From a virus (taxonomy: Duplodnaviria > Heunggongvirae > Uroviricota > Caudoviricetes): a DNA stretch of 45,440 nt. The position numbers and the translations under genes were made by a program. Of this stretch, positions 39,601 to 45,440 are shown in pieces. The stretch lies in the IMG/VR virus record IMGVR_UViG_2526164690_000022; one strand, written 5' to 3'. Below the pieces are notes generated by a model. That model saw nothing but the letters and a program-made list of their open reading frames with translations, was not told where the DNA came from and ran no database searches. Positions within the stretch are counted from its first letter, which is position 1, and each line of letters starts with the position of its first letter.

Positions 39601-40449
39601 GGTTTCCGGGTGTTTACGCAATACCCATACGTCCACCACGGTATCTGTACCGGATTCGCTGAACGTACCAGAAGGCATACGATGTGCGCCCAAAAATTCC
39701 GCTTTACGGCTGACTTTATCGCGCAATTTTTTATATTTCGCACCATCGGTCATGCCATTCGGCACCACCAATACGATAAGCCCACCAGGCTTAACCTTGT
39801 CGATCGTGCGCAGCACAAAGTAATTGCCAACGTTCTTCTCGTTTGCATATGCCGGATCAAGCCCGGCGACACCGGAACGCCCTTCACCAAACGGTACGTT
39901 ACCTACAGCGTGATCATACATTGCGTCTTTCGCCGCCAGCGCCTCAAACGCCCCGATATTCACATCGTCTTCCGGGTGCAAAAGCTGGTTTATTCGACCG
40001 GAAATCGGAGACAGTTCGGCGCTGGTCATTATCATGCCCTGCCGTTTTGTCTCCTGGAAAATACCTGTGCCCGCTGATGGTTCCAGTACGTGCCCGCCAT
40101 CAATACCGTAGTCAGCAAACAGATCCCATATACCTTCAGCCATAAACTGTGGCGTGTAGTATTCGTATTGGCTGCCCTCACCATCTGTCAGGCCGCCTTC
40201 ACCGGTATACCCGGCAAGAATCTGACGTTGTTCGTCAGTTAATTTCGCCCCATCGAAGCCGGGCGGAAGGGAATTAAGAAGATTTACTGCGGCATTGTTT
40301 GCTGCCCGGCGTGTTTTCTGAATACTGACGCCATCGGCTTTCCTGACGCCAAAGGTCGCAACAGCACGTAATTTATGCAACCGACTAACAATTTCAATCA
40401 GTTCGCCTAAGCTGGAGGCTTCACTGATTGAATGAAGTAGTTTGTCCAA
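33613..40449 (-). CDS. darB: DarB-like giant antirestriction protein (N6-adenine methyltransferase + DExH helicase domains)
   Basis: 2278-aa uninterrupted ORF; methyltransferase motif I EPSAGTGIF and motif IV NVPF near the N-terminus; helicase Walker A GFGTGLGKTTTALAL and motif II IADEGHNYRN. Confidence 0.8.
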   Translation of the reverse strand: MDKLLHSISEASSLGELIEIVSRLHKLRAVATFGVRKADGVSIQKTRRAANNAAVNLLNSLPPGFDGAKLTDEQRQILAGYTGEGGLTDGEGSQYEYYTPQFMAEGIWDLFADYGIDGGHVLEPSAGTGIFQETKRQGMIMTSAELSPISGRINQLLHPEDDVNIGAFEALAAKDAMYDHAVGNVPFGEGRSGVAGLDPAYANEKNVGNYFVLRTIDKVKPGGLIVLVVPNGMTDGAKYKKLRDKVSRKAEFLGAHRMPSGTFSESGTDTVVDVWVLRKHPETFLEMIPDTDDSTLKSANVLWDTFLKGKWFTTEGKRFVYGDMERTSFRNTLVVKKDGRVSNESMKTALSRRFDSRINWDLLGVTTQAWQGAKVGDKRLVGGIWHEFDGLKWVKDTTTKSSALDVSRYGVSTFGDLQIAFQSTNGILALSWDQISAIASDYPSVVSDEVAAMIRFAGKQREKDRERVMRGALIGQLINKALDLRNLGVNVDDKLADASRLAAAEVAKYGPPHAIKLNGLAEAGAKNWMTFTGNVKQDGSTSDLLAGRLDVTDGAAGIDFTRPEQVIAHLFSDVALNPITLGDFREAFAGELPEDDDAALEYLAKFDDIAIDGYGCLLPMDRATSGDIATKTALLMGWRDASTGEQKANFERQLAKIEEKRIFTPLNKVTVNLNARWLDRRLIKEFLAEQGYDEFKYTEPDLKVVDGILVSPDDYEGKDGVFTGYQLRTVNGKNGNEFKKANNKDGFLNQLENYLNGVKPRGQNANEYLDKIAQLEVSFNDWLRTHPQADQIAREYNDAFNGFIPFTHSDAPLGLEGLSGKRIPLTYQNEEVRRLSEDGRGIMGFGTGLGKTTTALALEAYNFETGRTKRTCIVVPKAVYQNWYHEAQSFYSADAFANMMFIGLDEVRDDSGNILTAPVLDENGEPRLDSNGQPLTRNVVKESASAVIVQRMNMIPSSNWRTVIMTKEQFASIPLREKTIEENSQQAVFNAVEMGRLDLASGKHRDAQKKNKIKDQAANTGTTKKQNIPYFEDMNFDSVIADEGHNYRNSFNAGREAGQLAYLPNPAVSKMARDMAVKAAYMMKRNNGRGVVMLTATPLVNSPIDAFNMLSTVIPQEEWMRMGIITPDDFVRVFGKTATVQVQKISGEVEEKQGLVGFQNLDGLRGIFHRWTTLKTAADVGATVKIPDIIENTLQIPMTGEQETAYEELRKRAQELSRNDELTVDENGHITNDKPDDFIFSIIRDMDKVAIDPDLYASAITFQFPVELADQVKAIADALPKVAGGKVADDVDEAEEDGAGGLVSTRTSKVVKTAFSEHPTHVEIRASIELEAEILKAIAAAGIDMQQVSHPIPPKYAALIENLREGLKNGKQIVFIDEKAQHQKLRRIIASALQMPEQEIGIINATTVSQAGGIKLKKVNKPTEPTPNKNGEYKEGAWETYYSKLAQYEDYLSAKNDAGLEGMEGIAADYNEGRTRIIICNKKAEVGINLHIGTTDIHHLTLPWTPASIDQRNGRGARVGSPQEKVNVHYYCGKGTFDDFRLDTLKRKKDWIKMVMTSDMSEIANGDADDADERAIMLAANPEERRAIMARQAQEREERLKLKAQREANNALDIYLKAANAAGKDIGMMETELKSAMEQIEYYQRNLDDLIKAGTNRNGQKYALEQLSSYRKRARVLKFAITRAKDADTIMKRSRGDVERAIKSGVLDISIDVIQNPQEYMRTDKNILLHKGSYYRAVIDDRETTAIVRVEKIDGEKAQYICRIAWLDRASRYARSPGSIVTLPFDSVIEAVTFEEGVAESRATAARGVQCHQLSTSLTRDQFYDAIRNGVMKVTTGQPGRAWGGEPGIKYWAYRTDDGQIALSSTYDGMIGQKIGRTSDIAPEQWIYPDINNEALKREVAKIQASDNPLNIVDGEGFLQALYGYDYIQGMQAWGAQATMDDVAQEFENWMAGRGLSGRSLNKVTSEDILSLFRKPSGEGLESFWRTVLAYRLFQGRMKAFSNIDDIERMFNQVKIAKIKTKIEKTRSALVAWRDALFEQYKSLSDADGWAALEQLANNGVDGAKLAIVQADNPLESPAAQWIKVGAVINAFDEKYISKDDFADAVSVNRLVEMATRRARELKDGDYVNELPDTLKSATWQDYVSLKNGGATESEIAERLEQAESKREEQAAVAEARADEAANDDYIIVVNDKPIRAKARVRGRWWSVSEDVGAVYLIADQPGSSTIRNAKDAIKKIGGRFWNFEANPVADVNFDRPAWMVSTRYSVDELRKIIADAA

Positions 40450-40600
40450 AGGATTTCCCCCTCTAAACCGTAAAAAATTCCGCTATGCGGTACGGTTGAG
40501 AGGGTATGGAGAATGTTATTTTCAGGGGGACGATACTACCGTCAAAATCACATACTCCCCATAGTTTGCCTACTTATTAACCCATTACCGGGAGAAAAAT

Positions 40601-41086
40601 ATGGCAAACATTGAACCTCGCTGGCTAATTGAAGCCCGTAAGCACATTGGCCTGACTGAAATAAAAGGCGCTAAACACAACCCTGAAATCGTTCAGTTCT
40701 GGCGCGACATCAAGCGCGGCGGAATTAAAGACGATGAAACGCCGTGGTGCGCAGCATTTGTCGGTGCAATGCTGGAACGTGTAGGCATCCGCTCAACAAG
40801 ATTTGAGTCGGCAAAATCCTATCTGGATTGGGGCGAGAAATTAGATACACCGGCATACGGATGTATCGTTGTATTTACCCGCGTAGGCGGTGGGCACGTA
40901 GGCTTCGTTGTCGGACGCCGCGCCAATGGCGATCTGCTTGTCTTGGGTGGGAACCAGGGGGATGCGGTTAATATTCGCGCATTCCCAACATCAAGAGTGT
41001 CTGGCTATCGCTGGCCTGCTGGCGAACCACACAATACCGCTCTGTTACCAGTCGGAGACGCAGCAACCTCAACTAATGAGGCATGA
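40601..41086 (+). CDS. CHAP/NlpC-P60-like protein (TIGR02594-like), possible peptidoglycan hydrolase
   Basis: TPWCAAFVGAML ... GGGHVGFVVG pattern (Cys/His of a papain-like fold); moderate. Confidence 0.45.
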   Translation: MANIEPRWLIEARKHIGLTEIKGAKHNPEIVQFWRDIKRGGIKDDETPWCAAFVGAMLERVGIRSTRFESAKSYLDWGEKLDTPAYGCIVVFTRVGGGHVGFVVGRRANGDLLVLGGNQGDAVNIRAFPTSRVSGYRWPAGEPHNTALLPVGDAATSTNEA

Positions 41087-41089
41087 AAA

Positions 41090-41112
41090 AAGCCCCGGCC
41101 AGGCCGGGGCAT
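41090..41112. terminator. GC-rich hairpin terminator (T-run on the minus strand)
   Basis: gccccggcc-a-ggccggggc; reverse complement is followed by tttttt; ends the c4-icd-ant operon. Confidence 0.55.
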
Positions 41113-41118
41113 CACGCT

Positions 41119-41319
41119 TCAAGTCACGATCCAATCATTACCGACTATATCAGCCGTCGATAAATCAACTTCCCGGATCTGGAGTCCATTAATACAAAAC
41201 CATCCGGTAGTAGAGTAATTATCAGGCCAGGCCCATACACCAACACTCCATGCTTTACGGCGGCACACTTCAGCCTGTCCTTCCCTGATTTTTTTTACCG
41301 CCTGCATGATGTCCATCAC
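41119..41319 (-). CDS. Small stand-alone DUF2829 (Tad2-like) protein
   Basis: 66 aa; AVKKIREGQAEVCRRKAWSVG ... DIVGNDWIVT fits the DUF2829 pattern. Confidence 0.4.
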   Translation of the reverse strand: MMDIMQAVKKIREGQAEVCRRKAWSVGVWAWPDNYSTTGWFCINGLQIREVDLSTADIVGNDWIVT

Positions 41320-42023
41320 TCACCTCCCCAACCGATCACCTGGAATTGCCCCATTTTGGGGTGATACCAGCGTTTTCCTCGGTGTTCAGCCTCCGACATC
41401 ATCCGGTTAAAAGCATTCATGAAGGGAGATAAGGCCACGATGGAACGACGCGACAATACCCCCTCTGGAGTTAAAAACTCATGTGTATCGGTGGGAATCC
41501 GGTAAGCGTTGACAAGGTTGCGACATTTGGCTTCAGTCAGGCCGCATTTCGCCGCCAGCTGGCGGTAGCCAATGTAACCATCTGGCATATTGCCCTTCTT
41601 GATTTGCTCGACGGTTTCAGCGACCTGGCTAACCTTTGACTCAACAGCATGAAGCCGCTTTTGCTGCTGAACTGCATTTGCAGCCATTGCGGCGATCATC
41701 TCTATTTCGGTCAACGGCTGGCGTACTTGTTCTTCCAGTTCGCGCCAGCGGTCCACCAGCCGGGCGGTGAATTCCGGAGAGAGCTGCGCAACGACAATGA
41801 TACTGTCTCGTTTGCCTTGCTCGTCGCTAAATCGGAACACCTGAATTAATCGAGAACGCCCCATTACATCTATTTTTGGTTCATCCTCAATTTGAGGACG
41901 AACAATAACGCCGGATTCGGCTAATGTTTCAATGGTACGCTTCACATTGTCATGACGTTTTCCCACCAGCTCCGCGATCTCAATGCTGGTCATTGATGGC
42001 TTTTCAAGAATGCAGATATCCAT
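41316..42023 (-). CDS. ant: Antirepressor (Ant/Rha-family phage regulatory protein)
   Basis: N-terminal HTH-like MTSIEIAELVGKRHDNVKRTIETLAESG; translationally coupled (ATGA) to the upstream 74-aa icd-like ORF. Confidence 0.55.
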   Translation of the reverse strand: MDICILEKPSMTSIEIAELVGKRHDNVKRTIETLAESGVIVRPQIEDEPKIDVMGRSRLIQVFRFSDEQGKRDSIIVVAQLSPEFTARLVDRWRELEEQVRQPLTEIEMIAAMAANAVQQQKRLHAVESKVSQVAETVEQIKKGNMPDGYIGYRQLAAKCGLTEAKCRNLVNAYRIPTDTHEFLTPEGVLSRRSIVALSPFMNAFNRMMSEAEHRGKRWYHPKMGQFQVIGWGGE

Positions 42024-42247
42024 CAGTGTGCCTCCGCAATGCCGGGATTGGTAATATTGCGATACCAGGGATTAGTGTTTGGTTGTGGGGAAGTAGAGAA
42101 ACGACCAGTAAGAACACCATGCTGATCAGGGATCAGAGAACGGGCTTCTTTTTCGGTTGCGGCAATTGCGAAGTGATCGCAGTGTTTTTGCAGGGAGTGG
42201 AAACGCCAGATGAATTCAGGACGTGAGCAAGGATTGGCATTAACCAT
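42023..42247 (-). CDS. icd: Icd-like small protein (interference with cell division)
   Basis: 74 aa (P1 Icd is 73 aa), overlaps ant start; its RBS lies in a sequence complementary to the upstream c4-like element. Confidence 0.45.
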   Translation of the reverse strand: MVNANPCSRPEFIWRFHSLQKHCDHFAIAATEKEARSLIPDQHGVLTGRFSTSPQPNTNPWYRNITNPGIAEAH

Positions 42248-42299
42248 AGTTACGGCCTCACTAACAGGTTTAACAACCTGCTACCCGCTGTCAAACAGG

Positions 42300-42470
42300 T
42301 GGCAGGACGTGACAGGGTTGACAGACTGGCGTTAGTGAAACCAGCAGGCCGAAGCCTCCCCATCACGCCCCACCATAATTCGGGCGTAACGCGGTTTACG
42401 GACACAAAAATACCGCAATATCGGAAATCTGCGGTTGTCCGCACTAACATTCAGGCTGTCAAACCTGGTC
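42300..42470 (-). ncRNA. c4: c4-like antisense RNA locus with a1/b1 and a2/b2 target repeats (immI)
   Basis: Minus strand: ttgacagc + gttagtg upstream (a1/b1), complements tcactaac + ctgtcaa (b'/a') at 42318-42342, then ttgacagc and gttagtgagg (a2/b2, the icd RBS); UUCG hairpin aggc-ttcg-gcct. Confidence 0.45.
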
Positions 42471-42577
42471 GCAGAATTTGCTACGACGGCATGAATATAA
42501 GCCTGAAAACATGGAAGATCAACTAAAAATTTCAGCAATGGATGACTTCAGTCGATGATGCAGATCATACATTCCGA

Positions 42578-42606
42578 TTTAGAAACAGCAAATTAATTTT
42601 CTAACA
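42578..42606. promoter_or_regulatory. Operator-like site at the head of the c4-icd-ant operon (Op51-like position)
   Basis: tttagaaaca-N11-ttctaaca; TTCTAACA family member upstream of the immI-like operon. Confidence 0.4.
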
Positions 42607-42660
42607 CAAATTATCGAGCGAGCATTTTCCGATCATTGGGATGCTTTGTAGACACACAGG

Positions 42661-43533
42661 TCATCCCCTAAATCCCGCAGGGATTGACCAATCCTCCCGG
42701 TCAAATTCAGACCGATAGCCACGCTGTTTCATCAGGTCAAAGGCTTCACCAATGGTTACACACCCCTGGGAGCCAGAATAATCCATTGAGAAATCCAGGG
42801 CACTGGATTGTTTAGGCTTATTCACTGCGGTAGCGGCACTACGTATCCATGCAAATTTTTTTGCCAGCTTTTCAGCGGTACGATACAGAGCCTGCCGTTT
42901 TGCGTGCCCCTCGTCTGAACGACGCTTTGCAGCTCTCGCTTTTGCCGCCGCCAGGCAGTGGTTGGTATGTTCTTCCCTGATTACTGTTTTTTTATCCAGT
43001 CCCCCATTATCCGCTTGAGTACTATCTGCTGGTGAAGCCTTTGGCTGAACCGCGCATGATCTTTCTCTTCTTTTGGCTATAGAGTGACTCTTATTTTCTA
43101 TTGGCTGTTCATTTTGAACATGGGGGGACTTGTTCAATTTGAACAGGGGGTTCCCAGTTTCAAAAAAATAACGAACCTTTGAAATCAACTGCTTAACCAG
43201 CTTTGTGGCGTTGGCAAATTTGATGCCCTGCTTACCCCCTATCTCCATTGCTACATGAATGAAGTGGAGAAATTGTGTCGTAAACCGATATACGTTACAC
43301 ACCTGGGCATTGTTATTCGCTACCTGATGTTGCTTAACAAGCATTCCGCACTTCGTCGCTTCAGCAAATGCCCGGCGCACAGTAGAAATGCTGCGTCCTG
43401 TAATCTCGGACATATCAGCATATGAGCGACGGATCATGTATACATCGGTAGACCCTGCCAGGTTGGCGAACTCGGCAATAATGGCGCTATGTGAAGGGGA
43501 AAGAAGACCGCTATGACGAGCAAAAAAACTCAA
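42661..43533 (-). CDS. Hypothetical HTH-containing protein
   Basis: N-terminal MSEITGRSISTVRRAFAEATKCGMLVK helix-turn-helix; Lys/Arg-rich centre. Confidence 0.4.
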   Translation of the reverse strand: MSFFARHSGLLSPSHSAIIAEFANLAGSTDVYMIRRSYADMSEITGRSISTVRRAFAEATKCGMLVKQHQVANNNAQVCNVYRFTTQFLHFIHVAMEIGGKQGIKFANATKLVKQLISKVRYFFETGNPLFKLNKSPHVQNEQPIENKSHSIAKRRERSCAVQPKASPADSTQADNGGLDKKTVIREEHTNHCLAAAKARAAKRRSDEGHAKRQALYRTAEKLAKKFAWIRSAATAVNKPKQSSALDFSMDYSGSQGCVTIGEAFDLMKQRGYRSEFDREDWSIPAGFRG

Positions 43534-43685
43534 CTGATGACCTTTGATTTTTTGTGGTATTCAGTGTTGTTTTTATACTCAGAAGTGTTGAAAGTTACTG
43601 AAACTGAATTTAAAATACTCACCAGATAGTTCCGTGAAAAAATCTATCTACCGTATAAATCTATGGCAGTGGATTTATACACCCA

Positions 43686-43716
43686 AAAAGCCGCTTCTCA
43701 GCGGCTTTTGCTTTTT
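43686..43716. terminator. Rho-independent terminator (bidirectional)
   Basis: aagccgc-ttctca-gcggctt flanked by A-run and T-run. Confidence 0.55.
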
Positions 43717-43822
43717 TGGCAGTCGCTACCGGAGCAGTGACCGCGATCCTACTCGATCCCATCCACCAGGATCAACAGTGTATATAAATACACTATGTTA
43801 GAAATTTAACTTAACAAGGCGG

Positions 43823-44821
43823 TTACCCCCTTCTAGAAACGAAGAGTAACGGGGTGGTGTTTTTGTTCTCCTTCGGTGATAACTCTGGTTCTTTCTTGCC
43901 TGATACCGGTAAGCCATAAGTAGCATTTGCCCCAAGAGATTCAAGCATCGCAGCCACTATGCGGGCATCATCTTCAGACTGCATACGGCAGAGCGCCCGG
44001 CGCTGTTCTGCGCTGATAAAAACAGGCATTTCCTGGATAGCGTCACGCAAAATCCGGCGGCATTGCTTTGCATTTTCCCCCTGGCTTTCCATCATCGCTG
44101 TTTGAGCGCGCAGCTTATCTCGAAGCTGTATGTTTTCCACTTCAAGGAGCATCAATTCTGATTCCAGGGCTTCACGATGTGCAGATTCGAGCATGGCTTG
44201 CTGATTTTTCATTGCTGAAAAGTGGTGAACCAGATCCGTAGCAGCGTTATCGGTAAAACCTTGTTCGATAAGTGCTGCATGAATAGCCGCATCGCGCTCT
44301 TCTGCTGATTCAAGCATCAGGCTTTTCTTGTCGAGGCTGATATAGTTAGGCACAGTTACGTAATCAAAGCCGTGGAAAGACTTTACCAGGGATACCGATG
44401 AATCTGGACCAGATGTAGCCCACGACCAACCACCAGCACCAGAATTAATCATGCCCTGAACAATACGCCCGGTGTCTGTATCCAGTATTTCCTGCGTATG
44501 AGTAACAATGCCGTTGTCGTCAATCGAAATGTCGATAGTCCTGTTTGACGGCACGTTCTCCAATACAACAGGCTTCCCATCTACCATCACAACAGAGACT
44601 TCCGGCAAGTTCAGGCTTTTCGTTTTGTTATAGTGCATCGCCCGGCGACCATGACCGTAATAACCATACATCTCACCCAGCGCGATACGCTCTTTTGTTT
44701 CTGGCGAGTTGAATGTGTCTCGTACCGACTGAATGACGTAATTTCGGTTGTTCTGCGGTGTGTGTTTGCGGATTTTCTCTACCAGGGAGAAGCGATCCGT
44801 AACAGTATTCAGTGATTGCAT
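43823..44821 (-). CDS. Hypothetical phage protein
   Basis: 332-aa ORF; no recognisable motif. Confidence 0.4.
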   Translation of the reverse strand: MQSLNTVTDRFSLVEKIRKHTPQNNRNYVIQSVRDTFNSPETKERIALGEMYGYYGHGRRAMHYNKTKSLNLPEVSVVMVDGKPVVLENVPSNRTIDISIDDNGIVTHTQEILDTDTGRIVQGMINSGAGGWSWATSGPDSSVSLVKSFHGFDYVTVPNYISLDKKSLMLESAEERDAAIHAALIEQGFTDNAATDLVHHFSAMKNQQAMLESAHREALESELMLLEVENIQLRDKLRAQTAMMESQGENAKQCRRILRDAIQEMPVFISAEQRRALCRMQSEDDARIVAAMLESLGANATYGLPVSGKKEPELSPKENKNTTPLLFVSRRG

Positions 44822-44834
44822 TATTTCCCTCCGG

Positions 44835-45440
44835 TTAATTGCTCATCACAAATTTTGCAAAGTTTATTAACTGTTCTGGCGTCCAGTTTTCCGGATCGTC
44901 ACCGGACGACAACGGCGCGGATTCGTACATACCATGCTCGCTGTTTTGCTCTGATTCATTCGCCTTAAACTCTTTGATCATGGTGTTGAGAGTGTCATCG
45001 TCGATGTGCAACTGCTCGGTGAACAGATAACGCATAAACGCGTCACTACCAGCCAGTTTTGGGTTGTTCTGGATCTGGTCCATAATTTGGGAGATGACAG
45101 CAACAAAGTTGGCGCGTGCATCCAGTTCTCGGTTTTCCTCTTCCTGGATAGCAGTGTTCATTGAGTTGAATTGCACGTCGTAAGGGCGGTTTGTTTCGGT
45201 GTAAACCTTGCCGTATTTATAAGCGAGGTGAATGTCCAGAAGCCGATAAATAGTTCGCTGGGCGGCCTGTCTGATCCAATTCGCACGTAATGCAGCCTGG
45301 ATAGCAGTTTGTTGCCACCCTCCCTCTCCAAGCCCGCCACTCATTTGATCTGCCCAACCGAGCATCGTGGCGTCAATGCCTAAACTGGCCGCTAACTGAC
45401 GAAGATGAAACATAACGTCTTCAATTCCGCTGATATCTGC
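44835..45440 (-). CDS. Hypothetical phage protein, C-terminal part (CDS runs off the window end)
   Basis: Frame stays open from the listed start 45413 to 45440. Confidence 0.4.
   Translation of the reverse strand, partial: ADISGIEDVMFHLRQLAASLGIDATMLGWADQMSGGLGEGGWQQTAIQAALRANWIRQAAQRTIYRLLDIHLAYKYGKVYTETNRPYDVQFNSMNTAIQEEENRELDARANFVAVISQIMDQIQNNPKLAGSDAFMRYLFTEQLHIDDDTLNTMIKEFKANESEQNSEHGMYESAPLSSGDDPENWTPEQLINFAKFVMSN

Larger units (their letters stand above)
4646..45440. mobile_element. P1-like temperate phage / phage-plasmid segment (continues beyond window end)
   Basis: Co-occurrence of Cre-like recombinase + lox-like site, PacA/PacB, Lpa, HumD, Phd-Doc, DarB-like giant protein, c4-icd-ant-like module, upl/plp and a tRNA cluster. 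Confidence 0.7.

Noticed and set aside
35173-40145. Several plus-strand ORFs of 150-230 aa (e.g. 36109..36804, 36943..37500) antisense to the giant gene
   Set aside because: Lie entirely inside the uninterrupted 2278-aa darB-like ORF on the other strand and have low-complexity composition.
42332-42538. 68-aa ORF overlapping the c4-like region
   Set aside because: Sits on the antisense-RNA determinants and target repeats; the region is better explained as regulatory RNA.
42661-43533. RepL-like lytic replication protein call for the 290-aa HTH protein
   Set aside because: Only a generic HTH and approximate size support it, and its position upstream of c4 does not match the P1 ant-kilA-repL order; left as hypothetical.

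Overview
The window is a composite of two unrelated mobile elements. Positions 1-4645 are the GC-rich mer end of a Tn21-family transposon (urf2-merE-merD-merA-merC-merP-merT-merR), ending precisely in its 38-bp terminal inverted repeat; merA carries three frame-disrupting indels and merT one. From 4646 onward the sequence is a lower-GC segment of a P1-like temperate phage / phage-plasmid. It contains a plus-strand early-type block (DUF4406 protein, Ea22-like coiled-coil paralogs, a ClpX zinc-binding-domain-only protein, lambda-type Ser/Thr phosphatase, DUF968 protein), then a truncated hot remnant fused to a LexA box, humD, a membrane 'moron' and phd-doc. A minus-strand operon with dUTPase and a DUF2829-fusion protein leads to a Cre-like recombinase with a cognate 13-8-13 lox-like site, followed by a candidate immunity gene, pacB-pacA-lpa, an SPFH lipoprotein, five tRNA genes decoding rare codons (Ile2-CAU, Ser-UGA, Thr-UGU, Tyr-GUA, Arg-UCU), a 1.2-kb ORF-free hairpin-rich region, a 2278-aa DarB-like methyltransferase/helicase, and an immI-like c4-icd-ant module. 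No CRISPR array, rRNA or integron was seen. The most interesting unexplained signals are: a dispersed TGTTAGAA/TTCTAACA operator-like motif (10 exact copies, all intergenic); three DUF2829 (Tad2-like) proteins as candidate anti-defence genes; the hairpin-rich non-coding region at the head of the tRNA operon; and a repeat family flanking the tRNAs. All functional calls rest on motif and sequence recollection, not on database searches.
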